In this document: one piece after another, positions 47,769 to 58,369 of the stretch
Position numbering within the stretch: position 1 is the first letter of the stretch
Layout of the letters: the number at the start of each line of letters is the position of its first letter
NCBI GenBank assembly: GCA_965226495.1
Contig: OZ245365.1
Coordinates: forward strand, 5,600,001-5,664,000
Reading direction: 5' to 3'
Length of the DNA: 64,000 nt
Source: Candidatus Marinacidobacterales bacterium
Lineage (GTDB): Bacteria > Acidobacteriota > Vicinamibacteria > Marinacidobacterales > DATDRI01
The notes under the pieces: model-generated
Told to the model about the DNA's origin: nothing
The model's input: the letters and a program-made list of their open reading frames with translations, nothing else
Databases searched by the model: none
Translations under genes and position numbers: made by a program

Positions 47769-49658
47769 TCAATGGTAACGCTCAAGGAGGCAATAGAGAT
47801 AGTTTCCTAGCCCCGCCACCGTCAAGTAGCCGAACGCGACGACACCAACAAGACGACCGCTCCACTTTTTTTGAAACGCACGCGAGATGAAGCTTCCCGC
47901 AAACAGCGCCAACAAAGGAAGGATTTGGAGGACGTAACGCACCTCGACCGCTGTCGTCAGGTCCAAAAAAAAGAACACCGTGGTAACACCTAGCCATGCT
48001 GCCACAGCCGCATGGAATGGAGACTGCCGCCACTTCGCGAGAATGGGAATTGCGCCGGCAAGAGCCAGCAGCGCGAACACAATTCCCACTTGCTCTCGAA
48101 AGAAGGCCCAGTTGAAGGCGAGCTTCGCCAACGGCCCTTCCGCAACCTGATCCCCGGTGGCGTAATCACTCGACAAAGCACGTCCCCATTGATCAAGGAA
48201 CATCTCCGCATAACCCAAGTAATAGATACATGCCAAGGCGAAACTCGTAGCCACCACCGCGAGGATGTGCTTCCTTCGTCGGGGCTCTAGCTCCGAGGGT
48301 GCGATCCAGCAGACGGCGACCAACCACGCTGGCCACAGCAAGATGCCATAGAGAAACGACCCGAAGTGGGCGGTCAAAGCGATCAAGGAAGCTGCAAAAG
48401 CGCCTAACAAGGGCAGCGAGTGCCGGCTTCGTGTCGCGAGCAAGAAGAAGGCTAGGAAGATCACCGTCAACGCTGCGCCGAAGAGGTTGGTGTAGTTTCC
48501 CGAGGAAAACGCCAAGAAGTTCAAAGGAACCAGCTGATAGACCGCGGCGGCCAGTATGCCGGCGCGGACGTCGCGCAAGAATCGCGCGCCGAGAAAAGCT
48601 AGCACTAAACCTACCGAGAGGTCTGCCAACGTCGTCAACAATTTCAGAACCGTGACCGGATCGACTCCCAAGCTCGTCAAAGGCACCGCCAGGACATACA
48701 AGGAGACAGGATAGGGAATCCGGAACGGAGGGTCATGCTGGGTGACCGAAGTGGTGAAAAAGTTCCCTTCTATGACCTCTTCCAGACGATTGGCCTGGAA
48801 CTGAGCATCCGAGCTGAAAAAGAGTGGATAGAAGAGGCCGGCCAGTTTCAAAAGCAGACTTCCGACCAAGACTCCGATCAGGATCGATCGCTCCATCGAC
48901 CCAAGCCAATGGGCTCGCCGGAGAACGACTCGAAGGACGGCACTGGCCCCGAGCGCCGTCCCCGCCAGCGTCACGACGCTTTGGGGGTAAGAGGAAAAAA
49001 GGACGCTGTCTTGACCAAGTAGATAGGCGAAACCCCCGATTAGAACCGATGCTGCCAACGACGAGACGGACAATGAAAGGCCGGCCAGGAGCCCGGCGGC
49101 AAGCAGAGCTGCGGCCGCGAGCGCCATGCGAACTGCCGGAGCCTTCCATCTCGGAGCGCCACCTTGAGGCTCGACTCTTACCGAGAAAATTTGCACGCCC
49201 AGCACGCGGGCGTCCGCGCGATCGTAATCGGTGGGAACGAAAATGTCAGGATGGATCCCGAGGTCCAGCGACTCCCCGCGCAGGGTTAGACCGAAGCGAT
49301 ACGTCACGAGCCCCGGATCCGATACGGTCTCGAATACGGTGGCTCCGTTGGCCGTGAAACGAACCCGGGGCAACGGTACCCCCTTTGGACGAAGTGCCTT
49401 GAGCCTTACCTCGACCCGCAGTCGTGTTTGGGGAGGGAGGTTCTCCAAATGAACGAAGCTGTCTCCTGTGCTCCAGCGAAAGCCCCGCCCACCCATACGC
49501 TCGTGAGCGTGGAAACCCGATGCGAACCCATTTTCGTAGCGGCGCTCGAAGTCTACGTAGGCGGCGCGAGGTTCGCCGTAGACCCAGTAGGTCGCAAGGC
49601 TGGCCACCAACATGGGTAGTAGGACCAGCGCCGCAGCTAGGGTTTTTCGAGCGACCAT
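47769..49658 (-). CDS. Membrane protein with periplasmic beta-domain and GT-C-like TM region
   Basis: GFHAHE...FRWS soluble domain; SDAQF...IPYPVSLY, many TM helices, VRY near the C-terminus. Start uncertain (ORF track 49706). Confidence 0.55.
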   Translation of the reverse strand: MVARKTLAAALVLLPMLVASLATYWVYGEPRAAYVDFERRYENGFASGFHAHERMGGRGFRWSTGDSFVHLENLPPQTRLRVEVRLKALRPKGVPLPRVRFTANGATVFETVSDPGLVTYRFGLTLRGESLDLGIHPDIFVPTDYDRADARVLGVQIFSVRVEPQGGAPRWKAPAVRMALAAAALLAAGLLAGLSLSVSSLAASVLIGGFAYLLGQDSVLFSSYPQSVVTLAGTALGASAVLRVVLRRAHWLGSMERSILIGVLVGSLLLKLAGLFYPLFFSSDAQFQANRLEEVIEGNFFTTSVTQHDPPFRIPYPVSLYVLAVPLTSLGVDPVTVLKLLTTLADLSVGLVLAFLGARFLRDVRAGILAAAVYQLVPLNFLAFSSGNYTNLFGAALTVIFLAFFLLATRSRHSLPLLGAFAASLIALTAHFGSFLYGILLWPAWLVAVCWIAPSELEPRRRKHILAVVATSFALACIYYLGYAEMFLDQWGRALSSDYATGDQVAEGPLAKLAFNWAFFREQVGIVFALLALAGAIPILAKWRQSPFHAAVAAWLGVTTVFFFLDLTTAVEVRYVLQILPLLALFAGSFISRAFQKKWSGRLVGVVAFGYLTVAGLGNYLYCLLERYH

Positions 49659-51307
49659 ATTTCGACGAGCGGTCCTTTGTGCGATAGCCCGGCGCGTGCC
49701 GGCCAATCCTCGTTGTCCATATAAGGATGCAGAGGATTCTCCCGCTCCTCGCCAAAGGGCGTGATACGGGCGAGTCGCGTTCCGTTACGCGCAACACTTT
49801 CGAAAAAGTCTTTCAACGGGGGCGGCATCGGGCCGGGCGGGTAACGGAGCACGATCGCCCCCACGCCGCGTGCGACAAGAGGCTCCAAGTCTCGAGCTAC
49901 GACTTCCTGATAGTCGAAGTACGTTCGGTTTTTTTCGTCGCCACGTCCAAGAAACAAAAGTCCGTACGTAGGGCGGTTAGTCTCTGCGATCGAGAGCAAG
50001 TGGGAGTATTTCCCTTTGCGTTCCAATTCGTCGAGCGCATCGTTGTCGGCCAGGCTCTCTCTTACGCTCTCCGCCGATTGAGGAATCGGCACTGAATACG
50101 ATTGCAACGCAAGCGGGGTTCCATCCGGCAACTCATCCACGATCCATTCTTTCGCGAGCGTGCGCGTGTCTTTGCTCGCGAAGAGCCGATCCACCTGGAT
50201 ATCGTTGTAAAGAGGCTGCAAACAGGCCAGCAGTGCTGCCGCCCAAGCAACACGCGGTCCCAACTGCTCGCTCAACGAGGCGACGGTGAGCCCAGCCGCC
50301 ACGGCCAAGCTGGGAAGAATGGGGTTGAGGTAGCGTCCCGCAAAGAAGGTGTAGCCGATGAACAAGAAGAACAGGAGAGGGAACGCTCCCCACAGTGTTA
50401 ATAAACGTCTATCCCGACGAGCCATCAGAACCCAGCCCACGACGATCAGCGCGAACAGGAGGTAGCCGAAACCCTGTTCAACCATGAAATGGAGGTAGGC
50501 GGGCAGACTCGGCAGAAAAAGCGTTCCATCCGAAACGCTTCGGTCCACAACCACTTGCCGGTTCGCGATCATGTGATCGATGGCGATCGGGAGGTCGATC
50601 ACCACGAACGGCGAGAGAGCAAAGAACGTTACGCCTGCTATCGCCCCGGTGAGCAGGACTTTCGCGAAGCCTCGAAAACCCGAGACCACGAGGTGGTAGG
50701 CCGCGAACGCCGGAGCCAAGAAGATCGTGTAGTAGTGCGTCGCAAATGCCAGTCCCATTGCCAGTCCAGACACAAGATAGGAACGGATCCGTGGATCTTC
50801 TCGGATCCGATCGAAGGCGGTGAGGGCTAGCACCAGCAACAGCCCGGTGGGTACATCGTGCTTCAGATAGTGAGAATCTCGCACGTGGAAGTAAGCGACG
50901 GCCATGAATAGAGCGGCGGCACGGGCCGCAGTGCGCCCAAAATGTTTCGCCGCCAAGCGATAGGTAAGAACGATCGTCGCCAGCGCGCACAGGACACCGA
51001 ACAACCTTCCCGCCAGGTAAAAATCCGTGGGGTCCTCGAAGAACCGCGCCTCGAAGGCGGCGACATTGGCGTAGCGGCCCACCAGGCGGCCCAACACGAA
51101 GAGGCCACCCATGACTCCGAACAAGATGAAGAAGAAAAAGTTGGGATATAGGAAATAGTGAGGATTGGAATCGCGCGCGATGGAAAGCGCCCGGGCCATT
51201 ATGTTGACTTCGTCGGGGTTATAGACGTTGGGGAGCCCGTGTCCCAAGCCGTAGATTCGGAGCCCGGCGGCCAGAACCAGGATGGCCGCTAGCCATGGGT
51301 CGCGCAC
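49637..51307 (-). CDS. ArnT/PMT_2 (GT83/GT39-like) GT-C glycosyltransferase
   Basis: GLRIYGL...NPDE, NPHYFLYP, HVRDSHYLKHD, RYLNPILP. Confidence 0.8.
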   Translation of the reverse strand: MRDPWLAAILVLAAGLRIYGLGHGLPNVYNPDEVNIMARALSIARDSNPHYFLYPNFFFFILFGVMGGLFVLGRLVGRYANVAAFEARFFEDPTDFYLAGRLFGVLCALATIVLTYRLAAKHFGRTAARAAALFMAVAYFHVRDSHYLKHDVPTGLLLVLALTAFDRIREDPRIRSYLVSGLAMGLAFATHYYTIFLAPAFAAYHLVVSGFRGFAKVLLTGAIAGVTFFALSPFVVIDLPIAIDHMIANRQVVVDRSVSDGTLFLPSLPAYLHFMVEQGFGYLLFALIVVGWVLMARRDRRLLTLWGAFPLLFFLFIGYTFFAGRYLNPILPSLAVAAGLTVASLSEQLGPRVAWAAALLACLQPLYNDIQVDRLFASKDTRTLAKEWIVDELPDGTPLALQSYSVPIPQSAESVRESLADNDALDELERKGKYSHLLSIAETNRPTYGLLFLGRGDEKNRTYFDYQEVVARDLEPLVARGVGAIVLRYPPGPMPPPLKDFFESVARNGTRLARITPFGEERENPLHPYMDNEDWPARAGLSHKGPLVEIWSLEKP

Positions 51308-51310
51308 TGG

Positions 51311-52273
51311 TCAGGCCTGGGAAAAGAAGTCGATGACCCTTTGTAGTGTCTGATCGAGCGTGAGGGAAGGTTTGTACCCAATAAGCTCCCGGATCTTGCT
51401 GATATCGGGAACACGCCGCGGCATGTCCTCGAAACCCTCCTCGTACGCCTTCTCGTAAGGAACGAGGACGATCTCCGCCTTGCTCCCCGTCATTTCCTTG
51501 ACCTTCTTCGCGAGATCCAAAATGGTGATCTCATTGCCGGTGCCGATGTTAAAAACCTCTCCGACCGCACCGGGGTGAACCGCCAGATCGGCAAGTCCTT
51601 TGACCACATCGGACACGTCGGTGAAGCATCTGGACTGCGTACCGTCACCAAACACCGTGATCGGCCGCGCCGATAGCGCCTGTTTCACGAAGGTCGGAAT
51701 CACCATACCGTACTGGCCGGTTTGCCGCGGCCCGACCGTATTGAAGAGTCGCACGATCACGACCGGAAGCTTCTTTTCTTTGAAGTAGGCGAGCGCGAGG
51801 AACTCGTCGATGGCCTTCGAACAGGCATAGCTCCATCGACCCTTGTTGGTCGGCCCCATGACCAGATCTGAATCTTCTCGGAAAGGAACGTTGATGTTCT
51901 TACCGTAGACCTCGGAGGTCGATGCGATGATGACTTTCTTTTTCTTCTTGTTGGCGATGGTGAGAATGGTCTCGGTGCCGTGCACGTTGGTCTCGATAGT
52001 ATGCACCGGACTTTCCACGATGAGTCGCACCCCAACCGCCGCCGCCAAATGGAAGACTGTGTCCACTCGGTCTACCAGCTCGGCCGTTACCGGTTCGTTG
52101 GATATCGTGTCGATGATGTAGTGGAAGCGGGGATGGTCTTTGAGGTGCTCGATGTTCTCGATGCTTCCGGTCGAAAGATTGTCGATTACGTAGACTTCGT
52201 CGCCGCGCTCGAGAAGGGTGCCCGCCAGGTGCGAACCGACGAAGCCGGAACCTCCCGTAATCAAATATTTCAT
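51311..52273 (-). CDS. NAD-dependent nucleotide-sugar epimerase/dehydratase
   Basis: ATG overlapping the upstream stop; ITGGSGFVGSH, HLAAAVGV, STSEVYG, YACSK, RLFNTVGPRQ. Confidence 0.92.
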   Translation of the reverse strand: MKYLITGGSGFVGSHLAGTLLERGDEVYVIDNLSTGSIENIEHLKDHPRFHYIIDTISNEPVTAELVDRVDTVFHLAAAVGVRLIVESPVHTIETNVHGTETILTIANKKKKKVIIASTSEVYGKNINVPFREDSDLVMGPTNKGRWSYACSKAIDEFLALAYFKEKKLPVVIVRLFNTVGPRQTGQYGMVIPTFVKQALSARPITVFGDGTQSRCFTDVSDVVKGLADLAVHPGAVGEVFNIGTGNEITILDLAKKVKEMTGSKAEIVLVPYEKAYEEGFEDMPRRVPDISKIRELIGYKPSLTLDQTLQRVIDFFSQA

Positions 52274-53973
52274 CGTCTCAGACCTCCCGCCGCAGGTCCC
52301 CGCTGTACGGCATTTTTGACCACTTCCGCAACCCTCTGTGTTCCGCGTGCGTCGACCAGCTGTCTGCCCGACTCGCTCATCGCCCGACGGCGGGTTTGGT
52401 TCGCGAGGAGTGCCTCGGCGGCCTGGGTGATTCGTTTCTCTTCCACCTCGGTGCCCAAACCCAAGTGCTCGACCGACCCAGCGCGCGAGAAGTGCTCCAT
52501 CCGCCGCACCTCGCGGGCGTTTTGACACATGACGATGCCCGGAACACCCAGAGCCGCGATCTCATAGACCGTCATGCCACCCGCACAAAAAACAAGATCG
52601 GATTGCGACAGAATCTCCGCCATGTGCTCCACGTTCTCGAGCAGAATCGGCTGATAGTGGAGCTTCGGTATGAGCTCGCGGAGCTCCTGCCCGTAACTGA
52701 ACGCTGGACCGAGAACGGCCTTGACGCCGAGCTCGCTCTGAGATTCGTCCAGAGCCCGAAGCACCTTCAAGGTCAGTCCTTGCGGATCGCTCCCACCGAA
52801 ACTGACCACCACTTGACGGGCATCGGCCCGCACCGGTTTGGCGGCTCCGGCAAAAGACTCCCGCAAGATCGCGTACTCCGGACCACTGTAGTAATCCTCG
52901 AGCTCCAACTGATCGACGCGCATCGTAGCAATGATCATGGACGTAATCTCGGCAGGCTTCTCGATGTCCTCGAGGGTATCCACCAAGTTCACCGTTGAAG
53001 CGCCGAGCCTCGCCAGCGCCTCCAGATAATCTCTCTCCAAGAAGGGCCTATCATTGACCACGATGTTCGGGGAGTACTCCTGGATCGCCTCCACGATGGC
53101 ATCGACGCGGCCGTCGGACAAAACGCGCACCGTGTAGCCTGCACCGGAAACTCGTTTCACCCCTTCGGGGTGATCGGCGCTCATCAGGAATAGCACGTCC
53201 GCGGAGGAGATCGAACAAAGTTCGTCGGCAATGGCCAGGCTCCGATAAACGTGCCCCATGCCGATCTTAGTGCCACCGTCGGCGCGAAAGACGATGCGTG
53301 GAAGACGCACGAGTTTTTCCGCAACCCAGAAATCGTAGATGTCATGGATCGTAAAGGAAGACTCCTTGCCCATGAGCACATAGCCGACCCGATCGCCCAG
53401 TCGCTCCGACGAGCCCAAGACTTCTCGACGCATCGCCCAGATGGCTCCGTCTTCGCGAAAGAGTGGCTCCATATCTTCGCGCCGGCCAGCCTTTCCGAAC
53501 GCTTGTTTCAGCTTTCCGTCCACCAGCTGCCACATCAGAGCCTTTTCCTCGCGCAAGGAAACAACCGAGTCCAAATCCTCGCTCACCAGCTTGTCCAAGG
53601 CCTCATCGATCTGCTCGGCGGTCCGGAACGGCGAAGTGGCCTGGAGCATCACCACCAGGTCGTATTTCGCCTTTTGCTCGGTCTCGACGAACTGCACCGC
53701 GTGCGCGATGACGGGCTTGATCAACGGAGCCGTGGCGAGCTCCATGGGGCGGAGAAACGGGGCATCGGCTTCGTACTCACGCGCCACCGATGCCACCTTT
53801 TCATCATCGGTCGAGACGACGACGCGATCGATGTAGCGACTCTTCGCCGCTTCTTGGAGCGTGTGAGCGATCAATGGAATGGGGCCCAGTTTCTTGATGT
53901 TCATGTAGGGGACTTCGTCGTATCCTCCGCGGGCGGGCACGATAGCCACGACGCGCTGCTTTCCCATAGTCAT
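52270..53973 (-). CDS. Fused NeuA/PseF-like cytidylyltransferase and PseG/SpsG-like (GT28-fold) domain
   Basis: IVPARGG...NIK, VVSTDD, PFLRP, LQATSPFR; then FRADGGTKIGMGHVYRSL, FGGSD, AGGMTVYEIAALGVP. Confidence 0.88.
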   Translation of the reverse strand: MTMGKQRVVAIVPARGGYDEVPYMNIKKLGPIPLIAHTLQEAAKSRYIDRVVVSTDDEKVASVAREYEADAPFLRPMELATAPLIKPVIAHAVQFVETEQKAKYDLVVMLQATSPFRTAEQIDEALDKLVSEDLDSVVSLREEKALMWQLVDGKLKQAFGKAGRREDMEPLFREDGAIWAMRREVLGSSERLGDRVGYVLMGKESSFTIHDIYDFWVAEKLVRLPRIVFRADGGTKIGMGHVYRSLAIADELCSISSADVLFLMSADHPEGVKRVSGAGYTVRVLSDGRVDAIVEAIQEYSPNIVVNDRPFLERDYLEALARLGASTVNLVDTLEDIEKPAEITSMIIATMRVDQLELEDYYSGPEYAILRESFAGAAKPVRADARQVVVSFGGSDPQGLTLKVLRALDESQSELGVKAVLGPAFSYGQELRELIPKLHYQPILLENVEHMAEILSQSDLVFCAGGMTVYEIAALGVPGIVMCQNAREVRRMEHFSRAGSVEHLGLGTEVEEKRITQAAEALLANQTRRRAMSESGRQLVDARGTQRVAEVVKNAVQRGPAAGGLRR

Positions 53974-55023
53974 TTAGAACATCTCCCACTGGAGAACAGT
54001 ATCTTCGGGAATGTCTTCGCGGGCGGTCCGACCCACCACCATCTCCACGAACTTAGGGTAAATGCCGGTTCCCGGCCTCTTGAAAGTCAGCATGTCCCGG
54101 GTAATGCGTTCTCCCTGGGCGATCGTCTTGGCGGAAATGATGCTCCGACGAGCATATTGATAGGCCGCCGATTCCGCCTCTACCGGGCCCTTCTCATAAC
54201 GTCCCAGAGCTTTTTCGATGGCGCGGATGGCATCCATCATCTGGCGTAAATCCTTCGGATCGACCGACAGATGATGGTCCGGACTTCCGGGAAGTGTTTT
54301 GTCCACCGTGTAGTGTTTCTCGACCGCAACCGCCCCCAAGGCAACCGCCGCCTGAGGCACCGCGATGCCGAGGCTGTGATCGGAAAGACCGACCGGGATG
54401 TCCGGAAAGGCGGCCTTCAGATGAAGCATCATGCGAAGGTTGACGTTCTCGTAGTCGCAGGGGTACTGAAGCGTGCATTGGAGCAAGACCAGCTGGTCGT
54501 TTCCGGTCCCGCGCACGACCTCAACCGCTTCTCCTACCTCGGCGATGGTGGCGAGCCCGGTCGACAGCAGGACCGGCTTTGCCTTGCGTGCCACTCGCTC
54601 GATCAGGGGGTGGTCCGTCAGATCCGCCGAAGCGATTTTGTACCCAAGAACGCCGAGGTCGTCCAGCATGTCGACCGATTCGTCGTCGAACGGAGTCGAC
54701 AAGCATAGGATCCCCACCTCCTTTGCATAGCGAAAAAGCTCCCGGTGTTCTTCTTCACCGAAGCTGTCCAACTTGGCGAAAGTGTCGTACTGGGATCCAT
54801 CGGGATCATCCGGCTCTACCCAATACCGGGGCGCCGTCCGCGTCGAGATCTTCCCCGCCTTGTAGCTTTGAAACTTGACGGCGTCGGCGCCCGCCTCTTT
54901 GGCCTCTCGGATGAGCGCCCGACCGAGCTCCAGGTCACCGTTGTGGTTCACTCCTGCTTCGGCGATGACGAAGCAAGGGTGTCCCTCGCCGATCGGTCGA
55001 TCTCCAAAGCGCACTGTCTTCAT
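53974..55023 (-). CDS. NeuB/SpsE-family nonulosonate synthase with SAF domain
   Basis: IAEAGVNHNG, AVKFQ, STPFD, KIASAD, LSDHS, VEKH, RRS...KRPGTGI. Confidence 0.93.
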   Translation of the reverse strand: MKTVRFGDRPIGEGHPCFVIAEAGVNHNGDLELGRALIREAKEAGADAVKFQSYKAGKISTRTAPRYWVEPDDPDGSQYDTFAKLDSFGEEEHRELFRYAKEVGILCLSTPFDDESVDMLDDLGVLGYKIASADLTDHPLIERVARKAKPVLLSTGLATIAEVGEAVEVVRGTGNDQLVLLQCTLQYPCDYENVNLRMMLHLKAAFPDIPVGLSDHSLGIAVPQAAVALGAVAVEKHYTVDKTLPGSPDHHLSVDPKDLRQMMDAIRAIEKALGRYEKGPVEAESAAYQYARRSIISAKTIAQGERITRDMLTFKRPGTGIYPKFVEMVVGRTAREDIPEDTVLQWEMF

Positions 55024-55784
55024 TGTGTCTTGTCTAGCTCCACCGAACGTAGGTTCGAAGCGCCGTGACGCAGGTGGGCGTTGATCGCGGCCAGCCGCGG
55101 CTCCTTATCGAGCAAGCGGATGGCTTCTGCCGTGTCCAGCACCTCACCGGGGCGATACAGTCTATCGAAGATCGCCTCCATTAGCTTGAGGTCCTCTGCC
55201 TCGTCGACGGTGAGCCGGTAGGCGGGTCGGTAGAGCGGCTCCGGAAGCTCGGCCTTGACGACGCGAAACCGCTCCGGGTTCTCCTTAATATAGAGGTTCA
55301 CCAGCTCCGAGCGGTGTCGATCCTCCCCGTCGCGATGGCTCACCGTGAGCGCGCTCCGAGAGATGACCTCGGGGAGAATCCCCATGAGCAATGCGTCGCC
55401 GGGAACGAACGTGTAGTCCGCGTCCTGCTCCTGGTGAAGAGACGCCAAACTCCGCACCAACGATAGATCGGTGAGGGGGTTGTCTCCGGTCACCCGCACC
55501 ACGGCGTCGGCCTGCCAGCGATCGGCCACCTCGACATACCGACCCAAGACGTCCTCTTCGTCACCCGCGAAGACACCGACCCCCACCCTCTCACCCAATT
55601 CCACGAGTACCTGGTTCTCCGGCGATGCAGAAGTTGCCAACACCACCCCGTCCAGCTCTTCGACGGAGAGAAGGCGTTTCAACAAGTGCTCCAGGAGTGG
55701 CCTTCCAGCGAGAGGCGCAATGGCCTTTCCGGGACATCGACTGGAGCGCATGCGAGCGGAAACCACGCAGACGACTTTACTCAA
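55020..55784 (-). CDS. SpsF-like cytidylyltransferase
   Basis: ARMRSSRCPGK, GDEEDVLGRY, VRVTGDNPL, RLTVDEAEDL. Confidence 0.88.
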   Translation of the reverse strand: MSKVVCVVSARMRSSRCPGKAIAPLAGRPLLEHLLKRLLSVEELDGVVLATSASPENQVLVELGERVGVGVFAGDEEDVLGRYVEVADRWQADAVVRVTGDNPLTDLSLVRSLASLHQEQDADYTFVPGDALLMGILPEVISRSALTVSHRDGEDRHRSELVNLYIKENPERFRVVKAELPEPLYRPAYRLTVDEAEDLKLMEAIFDRLYRPGEVLDTAEAIRLLDKEPRLAAINAHLRHGASNLRSVELDKTQ

Positions 55785-56799
55785 ACAGCTCCTCCGTCAA
55801 CGGTTCCCAGGCGGGGATGTCTCGGCGCGGCTTTCTTCCAAGAAGGCAGGGCATGTCCGAAGGTGCGACCCCTTTCTCGTTGCGCACCAAAGCCAATTGC
55901 TCGGCCCGCAGAGGCTCCCCTTTTTGGAGAGCTTCCCGCGAGACGACCGCACGGCGCATCAACTGATGGTAGCGGTGAGCGCTTTCACCGAGGGTCATCT
56001 CTTCGTCGCCGTGGGCCGCCTCCGATTGCCGGATCAGATCGACCATCTCGCTGAACGGCTCAGGTTCTAGAGAAGACTCGTAGTCGAACCCCTTCGCTTG
56101 TCTGTCTCTCGTGATGTGTTTCTCCACGAGATCGGCACCGAACGCAACGGCTAGCGCGGGAAGAAGCCTTGCCATGAGCGAGCCTCCATCCACGTGGTCG
56201 AGAAACCCCACCGGGAGACCGAATCTCGTCTTGAGTGTTCGAATGGTGCGCAGGTGTGAGTCTTCGACTCGGGTCGGGAAGTTCTGGACGCCATGGAGAA
56301 GAACGATCTCGCGGTTACCTTCGCGGGTCGTCGCCTCGATCGCAGCTTCGACCGTTTCCAGTCCGCTTCCGCCCGTGGACAACAGCACCGGCTTCCCGGT
56401 GGCCGCAACCGCTCGGATGAACTCGGGATTCTCCATATCTGTCGAATGGATCTTGTAGGCGGATACGCCGCCCCTCTCTCCAATGCTCAGGCTCGGGCGG
56501 TCGAAGATATCCGCGAATACCGGAAGCCCCATCGCGCGAGCTTCGTCGAGAATCCGTCCCCATTCCTGGGGCGCGATTTCGATTTGGCGAAACGTCGGAA
56601 ATCGAGAATCGGTGGGTGCGATGAGCTCCTCCGCGGCGAACAGTTGAAATTTGATGCCGTCGGCTCCTGCCCGCTGCGCGGAACGAGCTAGTTCGAGGGC
56701 CTCCACCGGCTCACCTTGGTGGGCGGAAGCCACTTCGGCGAGGACGAAGCAGTTCGCACCGTCGCCGATCTGGCCTTTAGAAACCTTGATAGAAGACAT
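55777..56799 (-). CDS. Second, divergent NeuB-family synthase
   Basis: AEVASAHQG, IKFQ, KIHS, LSTGG, LDH, VEKH, SAF tail. Confidence 0.88.
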   Translation of the reverse strand: MSSIKVSKGQIGDGANCFVLAEVASAHQGEPVEALELARSAQRAGADGIKFQLFAAEELIAPTDSRFPTFRQIEIAPQEWGRILDEARAMGLPVFADIFDRPSLSIGERGGVSAYKIHSTDMENPEFIRAVAATGKPVLLSTGGSGLETVEAAIEATTREGNREIVLLHGVQNFPTRVEDSHLRTIRTLKTRFGLPVGFLDHVDGGSLMARLLPALAVAFGADLVEKHITRDRQAKGFDYESSLEPEPFSEMVDLIRQSEAAHGDEEMTLGESAHRYHQLMRRAVVSREALQKGEPLRAEQLALVRNEKGVAPSDMPCLLGRKPRRDIPAWEPLTEELFE

Positions 56800-56914
56800 C
56801 TAACCTCAACAAACGCAATCCATTATAAGATAGCCCATCCCTCACCATTTAGCTGGACGTAGTGAGATTAAATGACTTCGCACGGCTATTCCAGTGACAG
56901 CATAAGATAAGCCG

Positions 56915-58369
56915 ATGGTTCTGGCTCACCTCAAGACGCTGCTTCGCCACTCCGCCATTTACGGTGCTGCCGACGTCTTCGGTACCCTGGTCAACTTCGT
57001 CCTTCTGCCGATCCTCACCCGCCACCTCACCGCCACCGATTACGGAACGCTCGGCATACTTCTGCTCTTCGGGGTCTCGACCAAGATTCTCTTCCGCATG
57101 GGGCTGGACTCGGGGTTCTTCCGCATCTATTACGAGCAACACAGCGACCGTGACCGACGTGTCTTCACCACCACTATCTTGACAACCGTCAGCCTGATCA
57201 GCCTCAGCCTGTTTGCATTGAGCGTACTTCTGGCAGAGCCCATCAGCCGGCTCTTGTTGGGAAGCGACCAAGGCAAGCTGATCGCACTCGTGGCGACGGA
57301 TACACTCCTCATGGGTTTCGCCTTCGTCCCGATGAATCTGTTTCGCATCGAGGAACGGGCCGGTTATTTCGCCGCGGCGACCCTTTTCCGAAACTCGCTC
57401 AATGCCGGCCTTAAGGTTTTCCTCGTTCTCCGCGGTTGGGGAGTGGAAGGCGTCTTGTGGTCCGACGTCATCTCGTCGTTCCTCTTCGTGCTGGCGCTCG
57501 TTCCAACCTTGCGACGCAATCTCACTCTCGGATACTCGACCGCAATGCTGCGAGAGGCCTTTGGCTTCGGGCTACCAAAAGTGCCTCACGGGCTTGCTTA
57601 CCAGGCTCTCAACCTAGCCGATCGTAAGATTCTCGACTTCTTCACTACCCGTGCCGATGTCGGGCTCTACCACGTCGGCTACATGTTTGGCACCGGAATC
57701 AAGTTCCTGCTTTCCGCTTTCGAGCTGGCCTGGGGTCCCTTCGTTTATTCCCAATTGACTCAGAAGGACGCCCCCCAAACTCTCGCTCGTCTCGCCACCT
57801 ACGTTGCCGTCGTGGTGGGCGGGTTCGGGTTGCTTCTCGCGGTGCTCAGCCGAGAGATCCTTTATTTCATGACGGCTCCCGCCTTCCACGCCGCCTACCC
57901 GGTGATCCCTATCATCGTCCTCGCCTATTCGATCCAGGGGCTCTTCACTCTCACTTCGATCGGTATCGGCATCAGCAAGAAGGCCTACTACTACCCGATC
58001 CTAACTCTCTCCGCGGCGTTCGTGAACATCAGCATGAATTTCTTGCTCGTTCCTCTGTTCGGGATGATGGGAGCGGCGTGGGCCACTGTCGGTGGTTACG
58101 CCATCATGGCTGGACTCGGCTATATCTTCGCTAATCGCCACTACCCGATTCCCTTCGAGTGGAAGCGCATGGGCGTAGTCGGCTTGGCGGCAATTGTTTC
58201 GTTTGCGGCTTCCCGCTTGGCGGGTGAGCCTTCGCTGACTTCCTTCCTACTCAAGGTGGGGGCTTTGGCGATTTATCCCGCGGCACTCTTCGCCTTCGGA
58301 TTCTTCCGGGAAGACGAGATCCAGAAACTCAAGCGATTGATCGGTCGGGCGACTGATCCAGCTGAGTAA
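56915..58369 (+). CDS. Wzx/MOP-family polysaccharide flippase
   Basis: HSAIYG...LLPILTRHL..DYG, FGFGLP, DR.IL...VGLY, LVPLFGMMGAAWAT. Confidence 0.88.
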   Translation: MVLAHLKTLLRHSAIYGAADVFGTLVNFVLLPILTRHLTATDYGTLGILLLFGVSTKILFRMGLDSGFFRIYYEQHSDRDRRVFTTTILTTVSLISLSLFALSVLLAEPISRLLLGSDQGKLIALVATDTLLMGFAFVPMNLFRIEERAGYFAAATLFRNSLNAGLKVFLVLRGWGVEGVLWSDVISSFLFVLALVPTLRRNLTLGYSTAMLREAFGFGLPKVPHGLAYQALNLADRKILDFFTTRADVGLYHVGYMFGTGIKFLLSAFELAWGPFVYSQLTQKDAPQTLARLATYVAVVVGGFGLLLAVLSREILYFMTAPAFHAAYPVIPIIVLAYSIQGLFTLTSIGIGISKKAYYYPILTLSAAFVNISMNFLLVPLFGMMGAAWATVGGYAIMAGLGYIFANRHYPIPFEWKRMGVVGLAAIVSFAASRLAGEPSLTSFLLKVGALAIYPAALFAFGFFREDEIQKLKRLIGRATDPAE

